Counted from the stretch's first letter, positions 1 to 20,400 are shown. The stretch: 64,000 nucleotides of DNA from Macrostomum lignano (GCA_002269645.1 NIVC01000094.1:930001-994000), one strand, 5' to 3'. Made by a program: numbers and translations. Notes: generated by a model not told the origin, from the sequence alone.

Positions 1-1445
1 TTGGAGTCCATTAGCTAGAGCTGTTTGGACTCGAAAAGACGACCTGGTACTGCAAGAGAACGTGCTCCTGGTGAGGAACAAAGACAAGCGCGACGAGTAT
101 CAAATTGTGCTGCCACGAAAGACTGGATCGTACCTTGAAAACCCTACACGAGGGAGTGGGAGGCGGCCACATGCGAAGACAAAATTAAAAGTGCTTCAGC
201 GCTACTGGCGTCCAGGATTGTCTCGTGCCATTGAATAATATATTCGCGGTTGTGCCACCTGCTGCAAGTCAAAGCCGGGCAAGCGAAACCGAGCACCCCT
301 GCAACCGTTGACATTCGCAGCACCATTCGATTGCGTCATGATGGACATTGTCGGGCCGCTACCGCGGAGTAAGGCTGGAAACATTTATCTCCTGACGGTC
401 CAAGACTCGTTTACGAAATGGCCTGACCCGTACCCGCTTCGCAACCAGAAGGCAAGGACGGTGGCAAGGGCGCTTTTCAATCGATGGATTAGCCAGCATG
501 GATGTCCGAGTACTTTGCACATTGACCAAGGAAGAAACTTCGAATCGCAAGTGATGCGCGAAATGTGCAGAATTCTCGAGATCCGCAAGTCCAGAACAAC
601 AGCTTATCATCCGAGCGGAAATGGACAAGTAGAAAACTTCAATAAAAGCCTAAAATCCAAGCAGCACAATCAAGTGCTGCTTAGAAGATTCAGGACGAAA
701 CGACTGGGAAGAATTTGTCAGCTCGGCGTTAATGGCGTACCGATCAAGCGTGCATAGAGCTACGGGTTATACCCCCCACTACATGGTCTATGGCACGGAG
801 ATGCGCCTACCGATAGACTTGACTGACTAACCGCCACAGCCTGTCGAGTCGCATGTAAATTTCGTCAAGGAGCTAGAAGACAAGTTGCTGACAGCTCATC
901 GCGCTGCTCGACAGCAGTTGAATACTTATCAGCGGCGACAGAAGGACCAGTACGATAAAAAACCCGAGGATCTGATATCCAGAAGGGTGACCATGTCTTC
1001 GTCTACTGCCGCGCCCTAAAACCAGACGAAGCCGCAAAGTTCCACGTAAGCTGGCTCGGCCCGGTGAAGGTGCTCGAAAGAAGATCTGAGGTGCTCTTCA
1101 AGGTGGAAAACCCGTCAAATCGTAAAAAGTCGAAGTTCGTCCACTTCAACAATCTCCGGAAGTTCGCTCGACCGGCCGCCCTGGAAGCACCAGTTGGCAC
1201 CGCGGCACCGCCGGAGGTAGTCGCCGAGACGGACTCGGAGTGAGATGCGGACTCGGCCTTGGACTCGGCCTCAACCGATGCCGCCACAGGTCGCCGAGGA
1301 AGTCGCCGAGGTGCTGGAAGAGCAGATGGAGTTTGTTGACGGCCCGCAGACTATCCATAACCCAGTGGAAGCCGCACCCGAGCCTCAAAGGTCCGGAAGG
1401 TTGCGTCGGCCGCCAGATCGCTATGGCCAGCCAGTGACATTCTAA
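1..1445 (+). mobile_element. Decayed Ty3/Gypsy LTR-retrotransposon pol, integrase region (5' part lies outside the window)
   Basis: Manual translation shows the zinc-binding H..H/CxxC region (LHEGVGGGH, YWRPGL, CATC at ~251-262). The DDE core is in ORF 308-757 (MDIVGP, HIDQGRNFES, GQVENFN). After a frameshift come DWEEFVSSALMAYRSSVHRATGYTPHYMVYG and a GPY/F-like WLGPVKV...VHFNNLRKF, ending RLRRPPDRY. An in-frame TAA at 236-238 and several frameshifts indicate decay. Confidence 0.92.
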
Positions 1446-1850
1446 TGGGTTATCCGTCATCGTGAAGTCTCATCAGCTTCATATGCGATTATCATTAAAA
1501 GCTAAAAATTTACTTCACCAATGCGTCATTCATCATGAATACGAGTACTTCACTCATGCATCATTCATCATGAGTACGAGCAGTTCGCCAATGCGTAATT
1601 CAAGTAGTTCGTCAATGCGTCATTAAAATCACCTTACGGCACGGATTAAGGTGGCTATCGTTGTGTTTCCAAGTCACCTCTCTCTCTCTAAGCAAATATT
1701 TTGGTGGTGGACTGGGTATTGGACCCTTGTGCGGTTTCTGGTCTGGTAGAAGCGACGGGACCGAAAGGTCGGCTGATGACGCTCTAGCAACGAACCTAGG
1801 GAGCTAGGGATGTGCGTAGGAAATCTCAAAGCGGCTGCCTCGTGTTGCAG

Positions 1851-2751
1851 ATGAATTTGTACGCCGTGCTCGGAGTCCAGCACTCGGCCGAGCGTGCCGA
1901 GATCAGGCGAGTCTATCGACAGCTTGCACTCTTCTGGCACCCGGACAAGTACCCGGACAGGGAGCTCGCCAGCCGCCGATTTCAAGAGATCGAGACGGCC
2001 GGCAGAATTTTGTCCTGCTCCTATCGCAGAGCGATGTACGACCAGCTGGTTGAGGGGTCAATACCGTGCGATAATGCCGTCACGTTCGCCATGACTTGTC
2101 CCACCCCCTGGCGTCGAAGTGCCTGCCGACATCGAGGAGGGCATGCAGCAGAGGCGAGAAGTAGAAGAAGAACAGCATAGAGAAGAGAGTACCAGACGGA
2201 AGAGGCGAGAGCAGAGTTACGGTTACGAGGCTGATGGGTACATTTGGATCTCCGACGACGAGCAAAGCGAGCAGGCAGCAGACTGCACCTCGGAAGACAA
2301 TGAGGAGGAAGCCATGCAGATAGATGTCCCAGGATTCAACGAGATAGTGCCCCATTACGTCTCGACGGTGATTTGGGGCGATGGAAATTTGTTGGCAATA
2401 GGCGATGCACTGAGGCTCCGTCAGCAGCTGAGGAAGTACATCCTGGCAGGTCAGCAGGAGAGAATCGAGTCGGTGCTCACTTCAATGACGCGTCTGTACC
2501 TGGATGCGCGGCAAGAGCCCAGAAGCGCGCTCTCGGTGGTACTGCTGCAGGTGTTGCGCTTCATTCGCAGAGACATCTCGCAGGTGAAGCGACAGGGAGC
2601 TAGCCGTCGTTTCTGGTGTAGACGGAACTTCGATTCGTTCGTTCAGCAGCTCCGCTTCGAGCTCATCCCGCTGTTCAGCCTTCGTCGTCACGAGATGTTG
2701 TGGGAGGTCCTCGCCAGCTGCGTCGGTCTGCCAGGACTCCGGGATCGCTAG
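1851..2751 (+). pseudogene. Intronless J-domain (DnaJ/Hsp40-type) ORF of ~300 codons, split by one frameshift near 2100-2108
   Basis: ATG 1851 gives NLYAVLGV..AEIRRVYRQLALFWHPDK..RRFQEIETAGRILSCSYRRAMYD, with HPD at 1938-1946. A shift in the C-run tgtCCCaCCCCC joins it to ORF 2119-2751 (acidic stretch plus a predicted helical region). A ttgcag acceptor lies immediately before the ATG. Confidence 0.8.
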
Positions 2752-3011
2752 GGTGTCCAGTCCCTCTGGTACCGTATTATTCGTTTATCCCTACCGTATC
2801 AATTTTCTTACTGTACTGTACTCGTTTTTTGTGCGCTGCTGGTGTCAGTTACGGTGAGGTTAAGGAGGCGAGGGCGGATGGCCTAGGGGGACATAAGGTG
2901 CTCAGACGGCTACAGCGCCGGCCGGCTCGGCGCGCCACCGGCCAACTTCGTGCGCCAGTCAGCAGCGCCCCGCCAGCTCCGGCCAACTTGCGACTCCATA
3001 AATTCTTAACA
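2752..3011 (+). mobile_element. Possible 3' LTR / right end of the retroelement
   Basis: The segment ends in ...ataaattcttaACA at 3011, an LTR-like CA terminus 96 bp from the ATR donor. I found no clear PPT plus TG start, and the 5' LTR is outside the window. Confidence 0.25.
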
Positions 3012-3107
3012 CTCCCCCTGTATTATAATACTGAAAACATGGCCTCTCATTTTGATTGATTTCCAATCGCAGAGCTTCAAAAATCAGCAGACCCGCAAGG
3101 CACTCAC

Positions 3108-10934
<7,827 letters not shown>

Positions 10935-12214
10935 GGTCTGACTGCTTTGAACATTGCAATAGGAACAATTCAGAAATGAAAAATATACATGTATACATGT
11001 GATAAAAGTACATTCTTTTCCCTCGAAACAATAAATTCTACTTTTTATATATTTAACATTGCTAGGACAGTCAGAAAACTAGAATTTCTGTTTCTTTTAA
11101 ATGAGAAATAGAGTTTTAATAATTTCTATAAGTTTCAGGTTTATGAATCACTATGAGAATATGATCACAAGCATATTCCTGGTCCTAATGTTTAAATTTT
11201 GTTTTAATATAGGTCTATAAATGAATGCAAATTAATTCCTGGGTAAAAATAATTCTGTCTTTTTGTCCAATTTTTGTCCGTTTTCTGTCCATTTTCTGCG
11301 GACAAGCCTCAAAAACGGACCAGGAGAGTCAAAAGCGGATATTTTTGTCCGTTTTCTGTCCATTTTCTGCGAACAAGCCTCAAAAACGGACCAGGAGAGT
11401 CAAAAGCGGATATTTTTGTCCGTTTTTTCATTTCCGGAAAAAACGGATACCAAAGGGAACAAAAGCGGACTTGCGCTTTAAACGGAAATAAAATTGGACA
11501 TAGAAGTGGACAAGGGCAAAGAAAGTTTAAGCCACCGTCCGTTTTTATTTCCACATTCTTGTCCACTTTTTAGTCCACTCTGTAAGGACTTAAAGTGGGA
11601 CAGAAAAGCAGACAAAGACGGACTTAAATTTTGAATGTATGTCTTTTTTTGTCCCCTTTGAGGTCCGACTTGCTGGCCACTTTATGTGGACTTTTTGTTA
11701 TAATGTAACGTGATGTATTTTAACGCTACCGTAACGCAACGTACTGACTTAATAAACACATGTAAGCCATATCACTTTCTAGCCCATTAACTAGATTTAT
11801 TCCGGTGTCTATACCTAAGCATTGACTTATTTAAACTTCAAGTTATAAGGCACAGACTTCTGTATGAGTTCTTCTACAGCTTGCAATGAACTATCTAAGC
11901 TACATAATGTAACCTGCACACCTGTTTGTTTCAAATGTTTGTGGGCCTAATATGGACCACTGGTCCCATGCCGCAACCTGTTCAATCTGTTCGGCTCTTG
12001 TGGAAGAGAGCCGATTGTTGCGTGTTGAGAACAATCGGCTTCGCGAATCAGGACACTCGTCGCCTATATTTAACACCGGTGCGACCGTGAGGTTTCATCG
12101 TGCCATGGTTGCCTGCGACATACTGCCACCTACGCAGGTAGTTGAGACAGCATGGCCATTTGAATCGCACAATCAAAGCAGACCAGATCCGTTGGCGTCG
12201 TCCACCAAGGCCCA

Positions 12215-12601
12215 CGGCTCCGAGACCCAAGGCCCAGTCGCTGACGATGACGGCTCCGAGAGCCAAGGCCCAGTCGCTGACGATGACGGCTCCGAGACCC
12301 AAGGCCCAGTCGCTGACGATGACGGCTCCGAGACCCAGGAAACGGATTCCAAAATCTAATAAATTTATGTCCTCCGTCATTCCGAAATTCAGTGATGGTG
12401 TTTCAGCAAGCATGCATGACGGCACAAAAGAGAGAAGACGCAGACAATCTTTAACGCGTCGCCTATACATGCAGCGCAGACGGGCTTGCACGCCTATACA
12501 TGCACGCCTATACATGCACGCCTATACATGCACGCCTATACATGCACGCCTATACATGCAAGCCTATACATGCAAGCCTATACATGCAGCGCAGACGGGC
12601 T
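12215..12601. repeat. 36-bp triplicate (GSETQGPVADDD) and 14-bp (cgcctatacatgca)n array inside the transposon
   Basis: Read directly. The 14-bp array is flanked by a direct repeat cctatacatgcagcgcagacgggct. Confidence 0.9.
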
Positions 12602-14499
12602 GAGTTCGCTCTACGCATCGTAGATGGCGTAGAGCGGACGCTTCGGCTGCACCCTCTTCTCGGCCTTTTCGACGCACCGGCTAGAGTGGATGCTTTCGGA
12701 ATGAGACGCTGCGCGGCAAGGTAATGGTCTACTAAAGCACATACGCAATTTGCCTTGCACCTTTGCTATTCGATAAAGGTGCTATATCGCGACCACGAGT
12801 CAGGAGGGTGGTGGAGGCCGGCGTTTCCCCGTTCGTGTTTCGCGGGCCATGCAGCGAGAAGCTGCAGAGCAGGGCTGCACCCAGACCTCTGTTCGCAACA
12901 TGATGGACACCCTGACACTGGTCCAGGTCCGACAAGAGACACATGCCGGTCCGAACACAGACACGCTCGGTGTGCGTTGGCTTTCGCCTCTGGCCGCGAT
13001 AGCCGGTTTCGACTTCATCCGGTCCTGCCCTCCTTGCTACCTGCATCAGCTTTTGTCGGGGACGCTGAAGCGGATGCTGGTGCAAATGTTTCTCCCTACT
13101 TGGGACAAACCAGAGAAGGGCCCATCCAATTGTCCCAACCTGCACGGGCGCATCGACGACGTTAACGAGCGTTTGCGAGCAATTGTTGTGCCCAGGTGAT
13201 CATGTGATCACTGCTCATTTCTCAGGTTTAGTCAAAATACTACCTAGAATTTCGCGGGGACTTGCCTCTCATTGAAGGTCTGTGCAGCGGCAGCAGGTAC
13301 GGCCGTTGTCGGAGATTCGACACTTCCGTGGCCACGAGTATGAGATGTGGTAATTTGCACTGGGTTTTCTGGCTCTGCGCGGCATCCTAGAGGAGACCCA
13401 TTACCAACATCTCATGCCGCTGTCGACCGCTTTCTTCTGCTTAAACACTGGAACGTGTGCCCATTGCCGAACTGGCACACGTCAGACAGTCGCTTCTGTA
13501 CTTTCACAGGAAGCTGCCTAGGCTGTACTCGCAGCGCGCACTGACATACAATGCGCACCAGGTATAAATGCCCTTCACTAGTAATATTTTTAGGCACTGG
13601 TTTTCAGAGAAGTATTACAACCATGGATAGCCTGCTCGCCTGCTTTTCAGGTGTGCTGGCATACGGTGCAGCACGCAATTCTAGGCGGACCAGTGCATCT
13701 GCTGTCCACAGGCCTATTCGAGACTATGCATTCGCGAATTAAAACTCGATTACACGGTACGCGGATTGACGTCGAGTTGGTGCGCGCCATCGAGCGTGAC
13801 GTCGCATCAGCACAGGTTTGCCAGTCACTAGAGCTGTATTGGACCAAAAAGTTTCTCGATTTAAAAAAGAACACTTATGTACTTTGCCTGGCTAAACAGG
13901 GAACCGTGGAACTCACTTTAATCTATTTTAATCTTTCAATTTAGAATCGCGGCCAACTCCAAGATGCCGGCCAGACTACGAAGGACCCGCGAGGCAAAAA
14001 GAGGTAGTCGTCGTGCCCTCCCGGTTAGGACCGATTGTGCTTCGACGACCTAGGACGATGACGACTGGGTGGAGAAGCGCGTCGCTGCCATCAGCCGTCT
14101 ATGTTGAGGCGTGGCATCCCATCGCAGGACGACGTCTGAACTCTGAAGACTTCATCCAGCTTCGTTGCTGTACAGGCGGATACTGAACCGATGGACTTCG
14201 TCTTCGGCCGCACACATAGTCTGGAATATGGTGGCAGCGACGTTGTTCGCGTACTTCTAGAAGTACTCCCGGTGGAGCCTGGCGTCGATCCCCTGCAGGA
14301 ATTGGCCAACGTTAGGTCGGACTCTGGGGAACGTGGGTGCCGCAACGCAAGTTTTCGGCTTCTGCGGACGGACCCCTTTGCCGACCTGCAGGCATTTGAC
14401 CCCCTAGTGCCCTTCAACGTCAACACAATCGTTGGTGTTTGCGCCGTCAGTCCCACGGCCATCGCTCTGCTGCCTCACTTGCAGTTAGGCTTCTCATGA
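12600..14499 (+). pseudogene. Fragmented CACTA/EnSpm-type transposase
   Basis: Ordered motifs: LFDAPAR (~12665), GVRWLSPLAAIAGFDFIRSCPPCYLHQLLSGTLKRML...IDDVNERLRAIVVP (12849-13199), HFRGHEYEMW*FALGFLALRGILEETHYQHL (stop at 13351-13353), QHAILGGPVHLLSTGLFETMHSRIKTRLHGT (13651-13944). This is the motif order I remember for animal CACTA transposases. Stops and frameshifts are present. Confidence 0.68.
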
Positions 14500-17400
14500 T
14501 TAAGAATAATGACAGTCCAGACATAGATATCCCTCTAATATAGGTTACTTTTTCAGGTGGTAACAAATTCTCGGGCCAAAATCAGCGATGGTTCCAGGAA
14601 AGGATTCCATCTGAATACTATGATTCCTGTAATCCACTCTTCAGGCAGCTTCTCACTGTCTGTCCTTGTGTATGCTAATTTTGTAAGCGTTCGCTCGAGA
14701 CTCCGCTTTTTTGCAGACTACTTCGTTTGCCTACATCATGTGCGTACTGACGATTGATTGATTTTTGATTGCTTGAAAATATTGTATCCTTCGTTTCATT
14801 TTGTACTTTCCTTTGCCAAATAAAACCAAAAGTATAACCAAAAAAATTTGCTGCTACCACAGTTATTTAAATAACTATAGGAACCAATATTAGGGATCCT
14901 TTAGTCTGGGAATAGTCTGGTAAGTTAGAGATTAGTCGGGCAGATTAGGCCCGTACATGGGAACTCGGAATCCGTAGTATACATATCGCACTTTGCACTT
15001 GCGCTGCAAATCCTTTGATCTTGCAGTCCCGACAGATGGATCACTCGTCCAGTGACTCGGGAATTAACTGGAGCAAATTATTCGACTCCTGTGCCACCCC
15101 AGCGACTGGGAGCCGACAGACAGCGACAGCAAAGGCTCCGAAACAGACGTTGAGGATCTGCGCGCGGAGCTGTCAGCTAAACGACCCCGAAACGTTTATT
15201 CACTCGTGGATTACAACCGCTTACCGCCTGCGCCTCCCGCCCAATCCGGCACCAGAAGCGGGAGGAGCACATGCGTCTGCCAGCCCAAACCTGCCCCGAA
15301 TGTGAGGATTGGTTTGCGTAGCTTTTGCCAAAGTCACGCGCTACTCGCCTACAATACCATGGACGTCATCGGCACCGCCGCATAATCCAGGCGAACTTTT
15401 TTGCTATCGACACGCCCCCCTCGCCACCACCTGCCCCCTTCGAGCTAATGAAGGTTGGCAAGAGGCGACGTCGACCACTTTTGTGACCTGCAGGCCAGGT
15501 CGCACAGCCCCACTAAAATCAAGGCGCCGATGAATGACTTGGTAAATCCATCGGCGTCACCATCGGGCAGGTCGTGGTCGCGGGGCAGGAAATATGCGTG
15601 CTTCAGGCAATGCTGATGCAGAGCAGCCTCAGTAACACCGCTGCTGGAAAGGTAAGCTTAGTTGGCCTGCAAGCGCTACAATGCAAAAAAACACCACAAA
15701 CGCGCCGTTCCACGCTTATGCCCCCCGCTTTTCCCACTCCCCATAGGTTAAAGCCATCCACTTTAATGTGGGCTGCATGGTAAGCAAGGACGACATTATT
15801 GTGGAGCTGGAGCCGGCGGCCTAATGATGCAGCCTGTCCCTGGCCATACTATTAACAACCGTAATGCAGTTCACTCATTTAATTGAGAGGATTGATACCC
15901 CAGCACTATTTACTTGTTGTTGCACATAATAAAAATCTCACATTATCTGCACCGTCTATTGTATGCGCTGAGGTTCGCTGAGGCAGAACAGTTGTGCCAG
16001 CCAACCCTGCAAAAATAAACGTTATCGACGCATTCCTAAAGAATGCTAATGCCATCCTTACCAAACGCCAAAAAGGGAAAGTCTTCCACTGCTGTAAGGA
16101 GATGGCCCTTAAGCGCCTCAGCTTATATGCACCAAAGCAGAAGGCAAAGACTCCTACTCTAGGCTGGGAGAAAATGCAGAGCATCTCCAAGAGCCAGCGT
16201 CCTTGCAACGCTAAAGCCCCGTCGCCCATCGTAATTGCCAGCGATGCAGCTTCAGGCGTAGCTGCACTTATACGCATTGTACACACCAGCAACGCTGGCG
16301 CTGGATCCTTGGGTGTCCACCACCAAAATTTGGACAGCGACTCCAAGGGCCCCAGTGAAAATTTGTCTGCTGCTGAAGATCTGCTTCTACAGCTTACACA
16401 GTAACTTTGCCTTGATAGCTTGTGTTGCAGTTCCGCTATAGGTCTATACCTTACTGCTTTAGTTCAATTATAATTATAGTTCTACTATAGACTATGATAG
16501 ATGCTTAACTATAGTTCTCCACTTCTAATCATTCTACTTGGACTATCCCTAGACCATTCCTAGTTCAACTGTACTTCTCCTAATGGTTTTTCTTGGAGCA
16601 TTACTAGACTTCTCTGAGTCTCCTTGGTCTAGCTAGTAGGTTAATTGTTTATTGCAAGAACAGCTGAGTTTGTAGTTTGCAGTGTTTGCACACAACAGTT
16701 GATTTCACAGGTTTTCATAGTTTATTTAGTGGATGTTTATTGTTGATTCTTGATTCTGTGGGTTGTTTATATTGACTTTGTGGGTTGTTTATTGTTGACT
16801 TTGCAGACTTGTTTATTGTTGACTATAAGGTTTTTTATAGTTCATTTAGTGGGTTATTTATTGTTGACTTTTGCGCGGGATGTTTATAGTTTTTTTTGTT
16901 TTTAAGGTTTTTTATTGTTAACTATCAAATTATTCTTTCTAGTTTATTTAGCATGTCACACAAAATAAACTTGAGCTAGCAGCATGCCACCCTACACATT
17001 ATTAATGAGATAGTCTGTCTCATTAAATATTTTGCGCTATATTCAGCAGCATTTTTTCTTTACTTGGAAAACTAAACTCTTTTATTTGAGAGAGCATCCA
17101 AGCAGCTAAATGTTAATTAAGCATATATACTATTGTCCAACTCGTCTATATATCTATTTCATGGATACATACATATTGTTTGCTATTGAATAGGCCATAA
17201 TTGTATCCATTTCCTAGACCATTTATGTCCTAAATGCCAAGGTCCACTTCCTTATCCATTTTAATGTTTATTCTCTAGTCCATTTTTATCCATGGCAATT
17301 ATGTCCATTTTTGTCCATTCTAGTGATTGCTTCATTGTTCATACAACTTGAACAAAAAAGTAGTTTGCAAAAAAGTTTTTTGCAGATAGGAAATAGACTA

Positions 17401-20400
17401 ACATGGAGGACAATCTCAAAATATGTCTATAAACATTACTTTTCCTCCATTTTACCACTATAAAAATAGGCCTAAATGGACACATTCTGGACAGAAAAGT
17501 AGACTTCTAATCTCCTATTCTCCAAAAATGCTCTAAAAAACAGAATTATTTTTACCCACATAGGTCTTATTTGAGACTTTGGTATTTGTAATTATTTTTT
17601 ATTTATAAACTAAATAAACCCAAGATAAAATTAATTTTTATAAGAGATAATTTGACTAAATTTATAAATAGCAAGAAATTATTATCTTTTTAAATGTTTA
17701 ATTCCTATATAGCTTTTATTTGTTTTATTTATAGAGCTATTAATATTGTATTTTAATTTATATAACTATAAATAAAATTAGGAATGCCATGGTGATATAA
17801 ATACCAATAGGCCATACCTTAGTCCTAAAGAATATGATAGTAATAGAAATAAAACTGATAGAAGAATGATAGGGTAAAAGCTCATTTATTTATAGAGTTG
17901 AATATTTCAACACAAAATTGATTTGCAGGCTACTTTTATATTGTTAGATAATAAGAGTTGAGTGCTGTAGGCCAGACTTAAAGATGTCATAGACTAGATC
18001 TAGCCTATAGGCAAGAGTTTGCTAACCCCTAATATATAATCATAAATTTTGTTTATAACTATGACCATACATTAAGTCTAGTCAAAGTTTTTAATAAATA
18101 CATTAAAAATATTTTTTATTTTACCAATAGCTACTAAGCCTGAAGTTATTATGTTTATACATAGAAAGCATGCCTAATAGTAATAGGTATATGCATATGG
18201 CTAATATAACTTAGCTACAAGTGGTTTAAGCATCTAGATATAGCAAGGAGACATTGCTGCTTAATCTGCTAACCCCTGGTGACAAAAGGCTATTTCATAA
18301 AAATACTACTTATTAGCTAGGTCTACTATATAAAGTATTGCAATATAAAGAAATCTACATAGATTACTGATTAGTTTGTTAAATAACAAAAGAATATACA
18401 CATACACTATAACACAATTCAAAACTATTAAGTCAGATCTTTGGTCTACTTCCAATTTAACCAAATTGATTTTTTCTGGAACTATATATCGCAATAAACA
18501 ACAACTAATTCACAGAGTTGGCCAGCCAGTGACTAGTATGATTAGGCGATTAGCTAACAACAAATAAGTAAATTAGTTAATACAATATGAAGCTCCTGCT
18601 CCATCCTTACTAAAAACATCGTCGTTGTGACACAAAGTTTCATTTAGAGTTAGCTTGGGTAATTTTTCAGCTCCAAGCTTCTAACTAAACTTGATCAGCT
18701 AATTTTACACACTAGAGCAAGCATAACAACGGTCACACACGTGGTAAAAATGATCAACCAAATTTTAAAGTGGGTTTTTTTTCTTACCAATGGCTGTTTG
18801 CAAGCTGAAATATTAAAGTAAAATGTTTAAGCGGAATAAAAAGAGTGTGATTTTTTATTTTTTTTATTTTTAACCATCTTAAACCCAATATTCTACACGC
18901 CTTTTGTTAAAGCATTATGAAGTAATTTTAATCAAGAAACAAGAATCAAAATTCAAACTCGTTAATTACCACGTCTGAAAAAAAGTGGACTATCCTAATA
19001 GACAAAAGCTGCAACTGACTGAAGTTAGATTAAAATTCTGTGTGGCACGTTTTAAAACAGTTCGTTACTTTCACTGCTATTTAGCAAGGCAAGATTTATC
19101 ATGACAATTAATTTTGTACTCTGTATTGCAATAGTATACATGTACATCAGCCTTGCGTATTGCGGTTGGTGTGAGCCACACTTTGACTTTAAATAGCTAT
19201 AGAAGTCGATATCGCCAACTTGGCTGAGAGTCGTGTATACCCATAATCAGTTTGCGCTTTAACATTTGCGTCGCAAGCACAAGCTAGGAAGCCCCCTATA
19301 TGTAAGCTGGGCCGCTAGATCGAATTAGTCAAAGTGAGAAAGTGAGATGCAAGCCTTAGTGGCCGCCACACTGCAAAGTAAATACGGTCCCAAATTTTAA
19401 AAGCAAATTTTGCAAGACACGTCTCAGTCATCGGCTGCGGCAGCATCTGAAGTGCTACGATCAACCAAAATTCATCACCGCAAGATCATCGTGCCAGCTG
19501 GACCGCCAAGTAAAATATTTCGAAGGTATGATGGCCGAGATGATCCATGGCCAATGGATTAGGGTTGCCAACAATCTGTCGACCAATTGCAGTGTACGAA
19601 GTGTTGGTCGCCACTAAGCAGCGACGCCGCAGCCGAGAGTGTAAAGACAAGGAAGCGGCGATATCGCAGCATCTGGTCTGTCAGGGCGACTTGGTTTGCC
19701 CTCATATTGGCCAAGACAGCAAAGAGAGTTAGTGGCCAGCTATATGGTCTGTCTGTTAATTAAGGAAAAAGACTCCCCCCCCCCGAGAACAGTTTGTTCT
19801 TCGGCAAGCTTCGCTTGGATTTCCAATTGGCGGTGATCTGGCAAAATGTCTTGTACCTCAGACTATATGCTGTATGCATTTAAATAACTTTTCAAACCTT
19901 AAGCTACGAGCGTATAATAATCTTAGTGCTAAATGAAAATTTCTTTCCTTGTTGCTTGGCTGTCTTTTATGCAGAGTAAAGGGGGTAGGGTTCTTTATTT
20001 TTTATCATACTGTTCAATTTCTAACTGTTCGAATGTGTACCATATTCGAATACGTTTACAGTTGAAAAATTATTACAAATACTGTAAAAATTAGGTTATA
20101 CGTTAGGTTTGTTAAATTGTCTGCTATCTTATCCTTGACACTATCCTTGATCTGCACAGTGTCATTTGTCCACTTACAGGTCATACTGCATGGTTCTCAA
20201 TTTGTTGTTTAGGGTCATTTGTCCAGCTCGTGTCATTCCTTGATCTGCATAGTGTCATAGCAGCAGCCATGCATGCAAGGACTTTAGAACTGTATTGTAG
20301 ATGTGGATCCTGTGTACGAGCTATCAATTCGTTAATAGTACATATGTGTACTTTTCGATTCAAGCACATAAATCGAGTACACTTTGGAAGGCAAATTGTT

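Larger units (their letters stand above)
11240..17558 (+). mobile_element. Decayed CACTA/EnSpm-like DNA transposon, ~6.3 kb
   Basis: A perfect 19-bp inverted repeat tgggtaaaaataattctgt lies at 11240-11258 and 17540-17558. Both ends have gtcc/ggac-rich subterminal repeats, with a ~71-bp duplication at ~11270-11430. Internal transposase fragments are listed in the next feature. I could not resolve a TSD. Confidence 0.7.

Noticed and set aside
3006-3022. Minus-strand AGGGGGAG-TGTTAAG resembling a Copia PPT plus LTR start
   Set aside because: Only ~90 bp separate it from an ATR exon, leaving no room for a minus-strand internal domain. It is more simply the end of the plus-strand element plus flank.
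17560-18600. Possible decayed coding sequence (ORF 18306-18494)
   Set aside because: It has many stops and no recognisable motif, so it cannot be assigned to any family by eye.
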